Counted from the stretch's first letter, positions 13,013 through 26,889 are shown. The stretch: DNA of 64,000 nt from Eledone cirrhosa (GCA_964016885.1 OZ024741.1:334924001-334988000); one strand, 5' to 3'. Notes: generated from the sequence alone by a model not told the origin. Translations and numbers: made by a program.

Positions 13013-13819
13013 CTCTTTCATTACTGTATTTCTAATGAAATATACTGCCACTGCCTATCTGTCCCAATTAATTCTGTAAATAACAAAATATTTGGAGGAA
13101 TTTAATGAAATAATTTTTTCATTAGTAAGTTGATATTTAGAATATTTCTTAATAAAAATGCTTAAAACAAAAGCATGATGGAAGGTTTTAAGATAAGGAT
13201 AAACATTTTAAAATGTGTAATTTGGTATCAAAAGGATTGAAAAAGAAATTGTAAGGGGATATTTCTTTTCATCAGTTTGTCAGCAGGATAAGTAGTAGTG
13301 CCCATGACCTCTTTTTGAAGAGCTGCTGGGCTTTTTTAGGAGTAGGGGATTATACTGTTGTATTGGTTGAACCCTTACAGGTTCTGTATATGTGATTGAA
13401 TATATGCCAATCACTCAAACTTCTTTTCAAAACACTCTGCTGTCAACATATCTTTTTTTTTTAAATGAAAAAAAAAGAGAAAAATTTGGATCTTTCAATG
13501 TTTGCATATACAATTTGGAATGGCAGAATATGAAATGACAGATTGTAAAATGGAAATTCTTTTACAAAGTGCCTGCATCTTTTGACATGTGGGTATCATG
13601 TAAATATATAAGAACAATAAAATATATGTGACATAAAATGATACAGAAATTATCTTACAGCTAAGAGTTACATACGCATACACATGTACGCATACACACA
13701 CTCACAGGAATAAAATATATAATGTATATATATATATATGAGCAACCCACTATATAGTCACTCATATTGCTAGAAATTACAGCCAAATCTCTTTCCATAT
13801 ACATCTATATCTATCTATA

Positions 13820-14045
13820 TATATTATAAAGAAGAGAGATGGTTTTAAATGTACATTCTCTGTTTATTTTAATAAACAGAGGATGTACATTTAAAACCAT
13901 CTCTCTTCTTTATAATATAGAAACTCAGGTTGATACCTTATTGATAACATTTTAAGGAATACAAATTGTAGAGTGCTTTACGTCTATTTACAACAAAAGT
14001 CGGTGGATTGTCTGATCAACCAACTTTCCTTAATTGAATAATATA
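13820..14045. repeat. 100-bp near-perfect palindrome (13820-13919) with an unpaired tail, (TA)-flanked
   Basis: Arms complementary with one T.G mismatch, 2-nt apex at 13869-13870. Confidence 0.8.
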
Positions 14046-14127
14046 TATATATTCAGAAGATCCCGTTAAGGGTGAAAGCAGCGATTCTTTCCTTAAACTT
14101 TAATCTGTTATTTTAATAATAATAATA

Positions 14128-14171
<44 letters not shown>

Positions 14172-14569
14172 GCATGTAAAATCATAGCAGCCTTATTTTT
14201 ACATAGAAAAATCACACATCCACATATGTGTGTGTGTTTATACCAACAGTGGATTATATTTGACACAGATTAGGGATGATCTTGAGAATAATGTCAGATT
14301 TAGCTTTTCTACCAGACATGTTCTTCAGAGTGGAAGCACTAGGTTGACCTTATGAAAGATACCTGTCAACTTGTTCCTTTTTGTAAATAGATTTTGAACA
14401 TCTGCACAACATATACTTGACAAGATACTACATTGGGACCAGAAAACAACAGATACACCACAAACCTCAACAAACAGATATAAAATGCATCCACAGACAC
14501 TGTGTGTGTATATATATAAACATATATATCATCTCTTGTTCTTTATATATATATATATAATAGAGAGAG

Positions 14570-14772
14570 AGTGGGGGAGGTAAAAGCCCGACCATGATGC
14601 CTAGTGTGTTTGTCTTGTATTCGACAAGCCTTTGAAGAGAAGACTTGTCAAATACAAGCCAAAAGAACTAAGGTCAGGTTTTTACCTTCCTCTATACCCA
14701 CTCTGCTTCTTCCTATGCATAATGTATTCCCCTGATTTGTGGTCACCTCAGTTTCAGAACAGCAGATTTTAC
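14570..14772. repeat. Degenerate fold-back element with tail
   Basis: GAGGTAAAAGCCCGACC...CTTGTATTCGACAAG pairs with CTTGTCAAATACAAG...GGTCAGGTTTTTACCTT. Confidence 0.6.
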
Positions 14773-15639
14773 ATACATATACATGCATGCACACTATATA
14801 CTATATTATCAAATATACTATACATACATTTATACATACATCGCTATTTCAGAGCACTGATACTAATATATATATATATATAATGATTGTGATAATATAT
14901 ATCGTGAATAATCAAATTAATATTCCCATCAAATATTAAATTGTGATATCACATATTTTCATATTTTCTGGAACTTAGAACGAAAATTCCTTTATTGTGG
15001 TATAAGCCATATGATGATGTGAATGTTACAGCAAAAATCAATGAGAAATAGAATATCTATCGGCAATTGAACCTGCAATGTTTGTTCTTTGATTATAAGT
15101 TTATATTTATACTTACACTCATTGGAAATGGAAATTCTACTTCCCCCAGCTTTTCCCATGCTAGCTACCCAAATCTCACAAATCTTAATTTTGAAACATA
15201 AGTGCCAGATCCTCTACAGAAAGGAATGATAGCTTGCTTTTGCTAATAGGATTAAAAGTATTGATCAAACTTCCATTTGTAACGGAAACAAAATGAATAC
15301 GTTTGTAGTTTGCAATATTCATCAAATATTTCCTTTGTAATATAAATACATACATAACCTAGCAGTTTTATCATGAGTGTGAGACAGTTACTTAAAATCT
15401 TCTTACTGAATATAATACCATTCAGTCATTCAAACGGAATTGGTATTATCCAAGATGAACTCCCTATCTGGACAAATCCAGTGGGTCTTTCTGATATACA
15501 CTTTGTTTATTATAACTTTGTCATTCACTGATCTTACACTCAGAACAATGCTTTCATGTAACACCGATTATTTTTAGAGGATACTGATTATTCTAACATT
15601 GAGATGACCTTTGTTTTGTATGCTTCCAAATCCAATTTT

Positions 15640-16135
15640 GTGTCATTCTAAATTTCCTTTTGTGTAGTTCTAAATATGATTTTGTATACACCTAAATTTC
15701 ATTTTGTCGACTTCTAAATTTCATTTTGAATTGATCTAAATCTCATTTAGTGCATTTCTAAATGTAATATTTTGTAGTTCTAAATTTCCTTTTGTGTACT
15801 TCTAAATCTAATTTTGTGTAGTTCTAAATCTAATTTTGTGTACTTCTAAATCTAATTTTGTGTACTCCTAAATCTAATTTTGTGTAGTTCTAAATCTAAT
15901 TTTGTGTACTTCTAAATCTAATTTTGTGTAGTTCTAAATCTAATTTTGTGTACTCCTAAATCTAATTTTGTGTACTTCTAAATCTAATTTTGTGTACTCC
16001 TAAATCTAATTTTGTGTAGTTCTAAATCTAATTTTTACTCCTAAATCTAATTTTGTGTACTTCTAAATCTAATTTTGTGTAGTTCTAAATCTAATTTTGT
16101 GTACTTCTAAATCTAATTTTTTGAAGTTCTAAATC
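15640..16135. repeat. 21-bp minisatellite TCTAAATCTAATTTTGTGTA(C/G)T-like, about 23 copies
   Basis: Tandem units directly visible, diverged at the left end. Confidence 0.9.
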
Positions 16136-16756
16136 AAACTGTGTGCAGTAAGTTTACTTTTTGTGTGAAATACTACATGAACTGACTTGATAAATGGTAA
16201 CTGGGGTGGGAGTAGCAATCACAGGTGGTGGATTGGTGGAATTGTTAGTGTCAGATGAAATGACTTGTGGTATTTGTTCCAGTTTTTGTTTTTTTTTGTT
16301 ATTTGTTCAAACCTTCACCATGGACTACTTTAACACTACTAACTGGCCCTTGAGTTTCTCAGCCAGTGATTTTGGTACATGCAGTTGACCCTTGCTTATG
16401 TGATTCTAAATCTAATTTTGTGTAGTAAGTTTATACATGGTAAATAATAGTTAAAAGAATTAAAATACTCATAAAATGTTTAAAATGCTTCTTAGACTCA
16501 GAGAATATCAAACACTGAGTCATGGCACTTCTAAAATCTCCTTTAAAAAAACTCAGTTGAAGAATTATATTAAATTCTCTACTCTCTTAAGACTTATTTA
16601 TTGTGAAATATAAATAGAACAAGTTCTTGATGTCTTTCTATTACATGTGTAAACATTAAATTTATTGAAATGCATTTTTGCCTCATATATAAAATGTTTG
16701 CCTCTTATATAAAAACATTTTGCCTCTTATATAAAAACATGAAATTTCAAACTTTT

Positions 16757-16842
16757 AATAATTGTTTCTACTTTTGGCACAAGGCCAGCAATTACTCAGT
16801 ACATTACTGGTACTTTATCCTTACGGGGTCGATAAAATAAAC
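16757..16842 (-). mobile_element. Truncated and rearranged SINE 3' end
   Basis: AATTGTTTCTACTTTTGGCACAAGGCCAGC...GGTACTTTAT, joined to a plus-oriented ATCCTTACGGGGTCGATAAAATAAA. Confidence 0.7.
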
Positions 16843-16849
16843 TATTCTC

Positions 16850-17670
16850 CCAGGTAACACCACTACCATCCTCTGGGGTAACACCACCACCATCCTCTAG
16901 GGTTAACACCGCCACCATCTTCTGGGATAACACCACCACCATCCTCCCGGGTAACACCGCCACAATCCTCTGGGTTAACACCGCCACCATCTTCTGGGAT
17001 AACACCACCACCATCCTCCCGGGTAACACCACCACCATCCTCTGGGTTAACACCGCCACCATCTTCTGGGATAACACCACCACCATCCTCCCGGGTAACA
17101 CCACCACCATCCTCTGGGTTAACACCGCCACCATCTTCTGGGATAACACCACCACCATCCTCCCGGGTAACACCACCACCATCCTCTAGGGTTACACTAC
17201 CACCATCCTCTGGGATAACACCACCACCATCCTCTGGGATAACACCACCACCATCCTCTAGGGTTACACTACCACCATCCTCTGGGGTAACACCACCACC
17301 ATCCTCCCGGGTAACACCACCACCATCCTCTGGGGTAACACCACCACCATCCTCCCGGGTAACACCACCACCATCCTCTGGGGTAACACCACCACCATCC
17401 TCCCGGGTAACACCACCACCATCCTCCCGGGTAACACCACCACCATCCTCCCGGGTAACACCACCACCATCCTCTAGGGTTAACACCGCCACCATCTTCT
17501 GGGATAACACTACCACCATCCTCTGGGATAACACTACCACCATCCTCCCGGGTAACACCACCACCATCCTCTAGGGTTACACTACCACCATCCTCTGGGA
17601 TAACACCACCACCATCCTCTGGGGTAACACCACCACCATCCTCTGTGATAACACTACCACCATACTATGG
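16850..17670. repeat. 24/25-bp GC-richer minisatellite (TAACACCACCACCATCCTCYSGGG) with a 73-bp trimer sub-period
   Basis: Tandem units; the 25+24+24 pattern recurs between about 16900 and 17170. Confidence 0.92.
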
Positions 17671-17731
17671 AGGTAACATCATTTACCATCCTCTGATTTC
17701 TTTTGTTTATTCTATTCGTTTCGTGAAATAA

Positions 17732-17763
<32 letters not shown>

Positions 17764-17764
<1 letters not shown>

Positions 17765-19851
17765 TATTACAAAGTGAGGTTTTTTTTACAAAATGAAAAA
17801 TAACCGAAGTGTCCTACATGAGTGAAAGTATAAGGAAACAAGATGAAATTGAAAATGCAACTAGAGTCTTTTTTTTTTTTAAATATATATTTATTTGGTT
17901 CCTTTACCGGTTTCGCAGTTCTTCTGCTTTTCAAAAGTAGAATTGAGATGGAGGGTCTGTGGTTTTTCTCACATCTGGTTGGTCTTTGAATGTTACTTCT
18001 GTTTTATATGGAAAAAAGTGGCTCGAAATGCCAGGTTTTTCGAGAAGTAATTTGGTTGGTTGGTGAATAAGTATAATAAATTTTGCACCAGTTCGCATAT
18101 CAAAGTTCTTCAAACAAGGGGGGAGGGGCTCAGGTTGTTTTTTCATATATGAGTGAAGTTTGGTTGGTTGATGCAGTCACATGAATAAGCACATCAGCTT
18201 TTGCGCCAGTTTGTGTTTGAATTTCTTTTTACTTAAAAAAAGGTGGCTCACAAAGTCTTTTTTTAATAAATGTAATTTGATTGGTTATAAATGAAATTAT
18301 GGCTGTCACGTGAACAAGTACATTAAATATCGCACCAGTATTTTGGAATTTTTTTATAGCCATTTGGAGAATTTTGTGCCAAACAAAAGATAATGGTCAA
18401 GAAAAATGGGATGTGGAGAATTGTTCTGGTTCAGTGAATATGGCTGGTGCGCTGGGGTGTCAGAATTCAGACTTTCTATTGAAATAAAGAAAGTAGCGAT
18501 ATGTATGTTTATTTGTGTGCTTGTGTGTGTGTGTGTGTGTAGGAAGATGATTCTATTAGTAGAAATGGTGGAGGGAGTTTTGTGTGTGTGTATGGGTGTT
18601 ATGTGTGTGTGTGTGTATGTGTGTGTGTGGGAGTATGGTTAGCATGTTAAGATGGAGAGAATATATATATTTTGTGTGTGTGTGTAGGAAAATGATTCTA
18701 TAAGTAGAAATGGGGGAGGGAGTTATGTGTGTGTGGGAGTGTGGTTAGCATGTTAAGGTAATAGAGTATTAACGTATGTTAAGGTTTATTTAGTTCTGGT
18801 TTTTTATTTTCTAAAGTAGAAGGTGTTATGTGTGTGTGTATGTATGTGTCTGCTTGGATGATTAGCATGTTATGGTGTTGACATAATGTATATTAAACTA
18901 TATTTAATGCTGGTCTATATTTTTGAATAAACATGTTTTCCTTATTTATTCGTATTTGTTCTGTTGTATTGTCAGCGCAAAGATGAAATGGGAAGACTTG
19001 GAATTTGGGTGCCTTACTACTTGCGCATATGTCTAGATGTGCACTCAGTGGTATCTGTCTCATGGTTGGATCTCATAATTGTTGGCGATGAACTGTCATT
19101 CTGTTTCTGAGTGTGAGTTTAGTTTGTCCTATATAATCTTCATTGCATCCTTTACATGGCATAAATTAGATTTTTTGATGAGCAAGTGAAGTGATTTTTT
19201 ACAGCAAAATTTTTTCATGATTAAAATGTATACGTGTTGCCTTCAATGAGGTGAGTGCAGGTTCCACAATTAGAATGACCACATTTTTTGACAGTTGGTT
19301 GTGGGTTTGTGGTAGGTAATTTGGCATTGGTGAGTAATGTTTTTAGTGATTTCGGTTGTCTTTTGCTTTTGATTATTTTGTGTGTTTCAAGGGTTTTTTT
19401 TCATTCTTGGGTCTTGTTTCAATAGTGGGATGTTTTGTGAATAGTGTTGTAAGCTTCCGCATTTCTTGGGTTGTGTGTTGAGATATATGATAGAATATTG
19501 GACATACCTTGAATGTGTTTCTGTCTTCGTAATTCATCAATGCCTATTGCTTTAGCCCTTTCTATTCCGTTATTTATTAGTAATGGTGGGTACTGTCTTT
19601 CAGGTAGAATTACCTTTAATTCTTGAAGTCTTTTATTTCGCATTTCATAATTGGAGACAATTGTTCAAATTCTTCTTGCTAGGTTAAAAGGGATGATCGT
19701 CTTCGTGTGCTTTGGATGGTTGCAGGGGAATAGCATGTATTGTTTGGAATCTGTTAGTTTGTAGTGTATGTCAGTTTCAATATTTGCGTCTTTTTTTAAG
19801 ATTAAGATGTCCAGAAATGGGAGTTGATCTTGGCTGTATTCTATTGTGAAT
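17764..19851 (-). mobile_element. 5'-truncated, decayed Penelope-like retroelement: RT C-terminus, GIY-YIG endonuclease, 3' UTR and terminal repeat
   Basis: Minus-strand LPFLDILI..TDIHYKLTDSKQY..HPKHTK..IPFNLARRI; NLIY..CKGC..YIGQT..RMTVHR; KENMFIQKYRPALN; stops and frameshifts; hammerhead near the 3' end. Confidence 0.88.
17901..17937 (-). ncRNA. Minimal type-I hammerhead ribozyme, U3-A8 variant
   Basis: Minus strand CTT-TTGAAAA-GCAG aagaa CTGC-GAAA-C CG GTA-AAG. Confidence 0.7.
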
Positions 19852-20273
19852 ATATATCTATATATATATCTTGTGTATGAACTATATCAATTCAAGAGTA
19901 TCCTTTCACTTTTGATATCGACAATTTACTCTTCCATAGCTGTCAATTATATTACTGCAAGGTGGCGCCATGCAATGAAATTTCCAGCTTCAAGGAGTTT
20001 AATTTGTCTATGACAGACTGATGAAGTTGGTCACTCACAGATAAATAGCTAGAGATAGCAGAAATGTAGCCCTATTGAAATTTACTCAATTCCACCACAG
20101 CAAACCTATCCAGAATAAGACAGCTATTATAATGGCATTTTAATGAGTTCCCTTGAAAATCCTTACTAGATTCATCATCCTTAAGTTTGATATCACCATG
20201 TGACAACTCTAAACATACTACTGTATACACCCACATATAAGTCACACCTTTTTACTCTAAAATACAATGTGAA

Positions 20274-20357
20274 AAAACAGCATGGGGACTTTTCCCCACA
20301 AAAATACTGTGAGATAAAACAGCATGGGGACTTTTTCCCCACAAAAATACTGTGAAA
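20274..20357. repeat. ~42-bp direct tandem duplication
   Basis: AAAACAGCATGGGGACTTTT(T)CCCCACAAAAATACTGTGA twice. Confidence 0.85.
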
Positions 20358-20499
20358 AACCTCCATGTGATTTATCTACTGGACCTACAAGACTTCAATT
20401 TAAAATATGTGGTACATATGTTGATGTACATGTTAAACACACCCAGTACACTGTGTAAGGTGTACATTCTATAAGGACGTTGGTTGTGTCATTGAGGTC

Positions 20500-20855
20500 C
20501 TACATGAAAGAAGCCATGACTTAATGCCATGTGATTTTTTTCCTGTGGGGTGGCTAAAGGAAGTAGTTTATAGCTCAAAACCAAAACCTCTGACCTAATT
20601 GGAAGAATGCATTCATCATGTACTTACCAATATACCACCTGAGTTCCTGATGAAGTCAGTCGAGGATATATCCAGATCCAGATGATTACAAACACTGATG
20701 GACAACACTGGACACCAGTGTTGTATGTAGAATTTCAACACTGTACTTCTACCATTATACTGTTCAAAATAAGACATATTTTATGAAAATTCACCAATAA
20801 TTGATAAAATTATTAACAATTTTAAATAGGAAGTTTCTTTCCACCTACTCTGTAT
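20500..20855 (+). pseudogene. Tc1/mariner-superfamily transposase C-terminal relic
   Basis: SHDLMPCDFF(L)WG/WLKEVVYSSKPKT (one frameshift) matches the SPDLxPxDFFLWGxLK motif. Confidence 0.7.
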
Positions 20856-21119
20856 ATTTCTAATGAGTCTGTTTGCTTCAATTTATTTTCAATATAATCA
20901 AGGTTTTTGGACGGATTGAGTAAAATATCTCTAACTTTATATATTGGTATATATATATATCATGATGGTGTTGATAACATTTATTATTTAATCTCATGTT
21001 ATAAGGTATCAGTTTAGATATGATCATTTTCTTATGGGTATCTTAGTTTTGGTATTAAAATCAATATGTTCCTAACTCTTAATGTCTTGTACCACATGAA
21101 AGAACCACATTAAAAATTG

Positions 21120-21620
21120 AAGTCCTTACTGTAATACTACACATTTTCACAATGATCTATCCATTCACTAGTAATATATTATACACATTTGAATTAACAA
21201 GCCTGTGTTTAGATATTTTCTACTGTCATTACAGAATGTAAACAGTTTCTCATAAATTGTATTGATTAATAAAAAGAAAGCAAATGAAATTTGGATTAAA
21301 AAATAAGATAAAATCTTTTCGAGCTTGCAAAAATAGAAGATTTATCCGAACTTTAATATTGTAAGTTTTCACAAGGATCTGTCCACCAGTTTAAAATACT
21401 ATAAACACTTGAATTAACAAACCTGTTTTTAGATATTTTCTAATAAATTATTAGAGGATGTTAAGACAATACTGCAAATTTCACTATGATCTTTCCACTA
21501 GTAAAGATGCTATAAATATTTGAATGAACAAACCTGTTTTTAGATATTTTCTACTAAAGGATATTAAAAGTTAATTTAACTTGTAAGTTATGATTAAATC
21601 ATTTATTGATTAACAAAAGG
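21120..21620. repeat. Three diverged copies of a TTTGAATTAACAAACCTGTTTTTAGATATTTTCTA module
   Basis: Copies near 21188, 21408 and 21518. Confidence 0.7.
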
Positions 21621-21848
21621 CAAAAAAAAAATGTAATTTAAATGTAAAAGTCATAAAAAAAAACAAGGCTGAGCTTTTAAAATCGTATGTGAACAGGAGT
21701 TCCGGTTAAATTCCCTTCTTCATATATCTTAATATTCTATGATATACATATTATATTCTTTAATTCAGGCTGCAGAATGACGATATCAGGTGATACCCAT
21801 TTGATATCAACTGAATCAAATATATTTTGTATTACCCGTTTTCCTCAG

Positions 21849-22117
21849 ATCCAAAACCAAGTCTCGGCAAACACCTACGGAGTACCGATAGGAAACCTTT
21901 ACCACAGATACTCCACCGATCTAAAGAAATTAACAATAGTATCAGCAGCAGCTATCCAACGGAAAAGCCTGATGCAAACCTTACCAACAAACTTGCAATA
22001 TTTGCCAAATCATCTGTAGTTGAGAGTGACAATCATAATATTTCAACACAGCCATGGAATTTACCTTCAAAGAACAGTTTCACATCATTTACTAAACCTT
22101 TACCTGCTGTACCATAA
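21849..22117 (+). CDS. Candidate terminal coding exon (DPKPSLGKHLRSTDRKPLPQ...KPLPAVP*), low-complexity S/P/K/N-rich
   Basis: Pyrimidine-rich acceptor CCCGTTTTCCTCAG at 21835-21848; 89 open codons in non-repetitive sequence; ends TAA; no family recognised. Confidence 0.4.
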
Positions 22118-22188
22118 AAAAAATATGGGGTACACAATGTTCTGTGAGAATTTATCAAATCATTTATTTATCACATCTAATGTTTGTA

Positions 22189-22221
<33 letters not shown>

Positions 22222-22877
22222 GGTGGGGAGTGGAAGTATGCACACTCGTATGGTGCTAGAAGTAAAAATGGTTATGGTTGTAGCTCTGTGTATATGTCTC
22301 TCTCTCTCTATATATATATAAATATGTAAAGTTATGTATATACACTTAGACATATATATATCTCAATATATATATATATATAAATATATAAAAAGTTATG
22401 TATATACACTTAGACATATATATATATAAATAAATATATAAAAAGTTATGTATATACACTTAGACATATTTATGTATATCTCAAAATATATACACATATC
22501 TACATGCATATATATTCGTAGGTGTGCTGATATGACAACACAATTTCCAAAGATGATATAAAAAGATATTTATGTGTAAACACACACACACTCATATATA
22601 TATATTTTTGTTCTCTCCACACACACATATATCAGAAATATAAAAGATAGACACATGTAGATATTTGTACTCACACACACACCCTGTATTTGAGAGTGTA
22701 TCAGTGTGTCGGTGTGCCAACACACTACCATGGTGATAAGTATGCTAATATATTGTGATCAGAAACCAATAACAGTGAACAAGAACAAATATTGATTCTT
22801 TGAGATTAACATATTAAACACGAATATTACAGCTACATAATTCATACAAACATCAATATAAAATGAATATTAAAGTT

Positions 22878-23265
22878 ATAGGAGAGTTGGATGAAAAGTT
22901 CATAGGCTGACAAAGATACTCTCATGGAATGACCAAATGAGGTTTATTTTTCAACATAGGCCCTGGAAAGAAATAATGCAGTTATTATAAGAAGCATTAA
23001 AAATAATTGTTTCTACTTTTGGCACAAGGCCAGCAATTATCCCAGTGAATTACTGGTACTTTATTTTATCGACCACATAAGGATGAAAGGCAAAGTTAAC
23101 CTCGGCGGGATTCGAACTCAGACTGCAAAGGGCCGTAACTCTATGCTGCAAAGCATGGCGTCCGACCCTCTACCGATACTGCCAATAAATAATACATGTA
23201 GGATTTCACTGCTTTAGCATCACTCCTTCATAGTCAGCCTATGAACCTTTAAGCCCACCCTTGTA
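22878..23265 (+). mobile_element. Mariner-like MITE interrupted by a SINE
   Basis: GAGTTGGATGAAAAGTTCATAGGCTGAC / GTCAGCCTATGAACCTTTAAGCCCACCCT terminal inverted repeats. Confidence 0.7.
23003..23185 (-). mobile_element. Near-full-length SINE nested in the MITE
   Basis: Homology to 8031-8224; B-box GAGTTCGAATCC on the minus strand. Confidence 0.85.
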
Positions 23266-23565
23266 TTTTATTCAGGCATCAATATAAAAATAAATATTAA
23301 AGTTATATAATTTATACAGATATCAATGTGAAAAATGTGTTTAAAAAACGTTTTTTCTGGAATTTAGATAAACTGCAACATCACCAGTATTGTCATCTGC
23401 AACAGCAACAACAGCAATAACAGTAACAGCAGCAACAACAATGACAAAAGCAACATCATCATCAACAACAACAATAACAACCACAACAACTGCAACAGTA
23501 ACAACAAAAACATTAACAATGATAAAAACAATAGCAAGTACAGAAATTAACAGCCAACAACAACT

Positions 23566-23765
23566 AATAATAATAATAATAATAATGATGATTTCTTTAT
23601 TGGCCACAAGGGCTGACATCAAGAAAAACATTACAGATGGCACAGGACGGTACAGGACGGTACGATGTGGGTTTTATGCGTGTAAAGATTTTTATTATTT
23701 ATATAAGAAAAGAAAAAAGGACAGAAACATATATATATAAACAATAAAAATGAAAATTGAAACAA
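23566..23765 (-). mobile_element. Short 3' end of a Tx1/L1-type LINE with (ATT)n tail
   Basis: ATGATTTCTTTATTGGCCACAAGGG homologous to 23787 and 63545. Confidence 0.65.
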
Positions 23766-23769
23766 TAAA

Positions 23770-26690
23770 AAATAATAATAATAATAATGCTTTCTTTATT
23801 AACCACAAGGGTTGACACAAAGTATAACATTAAGGGCAACACAGAACAATACAAATGGGCATTTCTGCGTGTAAAAAAAAATCAAAAACAGAGTGTGACA
23901 AAAGGAAACTATGAAAAATTCCCAATAGGGGGGAGATCTCCGAGGGTTGCTCGGGGAGAAAGCCCACAAGAAAAGTCACGGTTACCCTGACTGCTAGGGC
24001 AAATGCCCTCTTCCAGTTTTCCTCCTACAATGCTACAGGCACACGCTCAGAGTAGACCCATTCACACAGGCCATTCTTCCCTCGCTCACCCACCTTTCAA
24101 CAAACTGGCTGGAAGTCAGCACTTCTCTCTTCACCATGATTTTCCTCTTCAGGTGAAACCTGAAAAAGTTAATGAGGGTGTCACCGAAGAGGAAAGTATT
24201 GGTCCTCAACCCTTTCAGACGTGTCCACCATACAATCTCTTTTACCATGGCCACCAGGCAGATAAAAACTGCCTGCCCTTCTCGGCTAAAGAAAGGTGGC
24301 GGGGCAATATTCATGATGGACTCAGCTGATAGCCGGATCCATTCTACACGTGATAGCAATGGGGTTCGGCATAAACCCACAAATCAGCAATGCTGGACGA
24401 GTGCATGCAGGACGGTTTCATCGCCCTGTGCGCATCTCGGACAGGCTCGGCTGTCGGCCCTTCCATGCCTGCAGAGTTTATCCTGAACTGGCAAGGTTCC
24501 TCGGTAGCCCTGCCAGGCCAGGGATTTCTGGAAGTTGTCCATGGGCCCCGGCCTGAAAGTTCTCCCGAAGAGATTGGCTAGTTGGTTTTCATCAATGCCT
24601 AGAGTCTCCCCAAGGACGTCGTTGCTCTTTCCTTCCACTAATCCTCTATAGAAAGCCAAGGTGGAGTTTCCAACGATTGTATTGCTCGACTGGTCGAGGG
24701 CTGTAAGTGCCTGAAGACATTCTAGTCTTCAAGCGCTTGCTCTCGGTTTCGCTTGACCCAGGACTGCAGCTCCGCCAAGGAGACAAGCTGGGGAAACATG
24801 TGTCTAGCAAAGGGCGACCACACCTGATCACCGTCGAGGAAGAGGTGGAGATGCTTTCGCCTGAGCGCATGTCTGCGCATCATCAGCCACAGCATGCCCA
24901 GCCCTCCGCGTAGCAGGTATTGACAGCAGATGGACCGCCTAACCATCAGAGCATGTCCCTTCCACAAAAAGCGAAAGAGCAAATGCTCCAGTGCAGTCAG
25001 GCGAGGCTTAGGACAAGGCACGACGGTCAGGCGGTAGTAGATGACGGATGTGATGTATGCATTCACCACATCCGCTCGTCCTTTCAGGGATAGCTTCTGC
25101 TCAGCCCATTTCTGGGTGAGAGAAAGCACCTTGCTCATGACCTCCTCCCAGCTTTTGTCTGGAGGTCCGGACCAAACCAGACCCCTAGCAATTTAACCGG
25201 TCCATCCATCCAGTGCCCGATGATGCAATTGGGCGGCATGGACCTGCCTCTCCAGGTGCCGAGTTGCAGGCCTACTGATATTTCCTGGTTGATCATTGCT
25301 CCTGTCACTACCTCATATTCTCTTAGTGTGGTGCTGATTGCCTCGATGTGTTTGGTGTTCAACACCACTACGGTGATGTCGTCTGCATAAGCTGACACTG
25401 TTCTTCCGCATCCTAGTTCACGTGGGATCCCCCTCAATGCCTCCAGTTTGTGCAGTAATGGCTCAAGAGTCAATACGTACAACAAGGATGAGAGAAGACA
25501 TCCTTGGCGGATCGAGCGCATGATGTTGAACGGTTCCGAAAGGTGACCGTTCACTCTCACCACAGAGCAGATGTCGCTGTGCATGGCAGCAATCCAGCCT
25601 CTGAAGACAGGCTCAAAGCCAGCTGCTCTTAGGACTGCTGCCAGATAACAATGGTCGACCCTATCAAAAGCTTTTGACTGGTCTAAATTGATCAAAGACC
25701 CACCCATTACCAGGTTCCCTAGCTACCCTCTCTACGATGTATCGCATGATGTGGCGGTTGTCGTGGATGGATCTGTCTGGAATGGCGCATGTTTGCGCCT
25801 CTCCCACCAGACCACCGACGACAAGCGCCAACGTCTTTGCTAGCACCTTAGCCAAAATCTTGAAGTCTGTGTTTAGCAGAGTTATGGGCCTGAAATGTTC
25901 TATGTTATCCCCCTTGCTCGGATCCTTTCTCAGCAGTGCCACCGCTCCTCAGCTCACAGAGCTGGGAATTCTCCCATTCTGCTGCCAGTTGCAGTAGACG
26001 TCTGCCAAGATGTCTTCGAACAAGTCTGGCATATGTATGTAAAATTCATAGAGCAGACCATCCAAACCAGGCGATTTACTCATTGTGCAGCTAGTCATTG
26101 CCTCACGTACTTCAGCAGCTGTTATCGGCCTTTTGCAACACTCCACCTCAGTGGCCGAGAGCCACGGCAGTCCGTCAATGTAGGCACTGAAGTCCATTCC
26201 ACGATGCAAAGTGCTGCTGAAAAGCCGCACACATCTGCCTGAGATCGAGTATTATGTGCCCGTCGTGGTTCGCCAAAGACTGGATCGTGGCTTTGTTGCC
26301 ACGATGCGCCTCCGCCACCTGGGCCCATTGAATGGCTTTTGTCTGACAATGCAGCCTTCGTGCTTAGCGTTGAAAAATTGGTCGAGAGCCAATTTCACCA
26401 CAAGCATGTCGGTCGTGATGCCTTTACTAAGCGCCTCATCTAATTTCTTAACTAGATTTCCTTCTGCTCTATTTTTCTCTGTTACTAGCGCTTTACTAAA
26501 CCTAATGGATTCTATTCTAATCGCTCTTTTCAGGGCAAACCACCATTTGTTGTTGACGATGGCCCCTGTCAATGCCCGCTTAACTAATTCGCTGATCTGG
26601 TCTCTGTATGCTCTGCGCGCTGTTAATGACGCATTTAGTTTCTAGTACCCGGGTCCCTGTCTATGAAGCCTATCTAAGTCAACCACACAG
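23770..26690 (-). mobile_element. 5'-truncated Tx1/L1-clade LINE, frameshifted ORF2 (RT and C-terminal zinc-binding region)
   Basis: KSPGLDGL, FRPITLLNTDFKILAK, LDQSKAFDRV, RQGCLLS, AYADD, LLGVWF, CPRC..ETVLHAL..C; several stops and frameshifts; (ATT)n tail. Confidence 0.92.
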
Positions 26691-26889
26691 ATCACGATAA
26701 TGGAAACAGAAATAGCAGTCAAGTGTCCCTTATATCAAAGTTAATTACTGTCTTAAAATGATGACACATCAAATGATGTAGTCCTAGATACACTATCTAC
26801 AAAAGGTGGGATGGTCAAAGTTAGAATGATTTTGATGATAGTTCAAATTAGTCATAGTTTGACCTAGGGCTAAACAACAACAATAACAA

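Noticed and set aside
14975-15560. Unique sequence with possible splice sites on both strands
   Set aside because: Only short open frames and no consistent exon model.
16796-17567. (EDGGGVTR)n ORF
   Set aside because: 25-bp units repeatedly shift the frame; non-coding minisatellite.
23341-23740. Thr-rich and Val-rich ORFs
   Set aside because: Degenerate (ACA/GCA)n tract running into a LINE tail.
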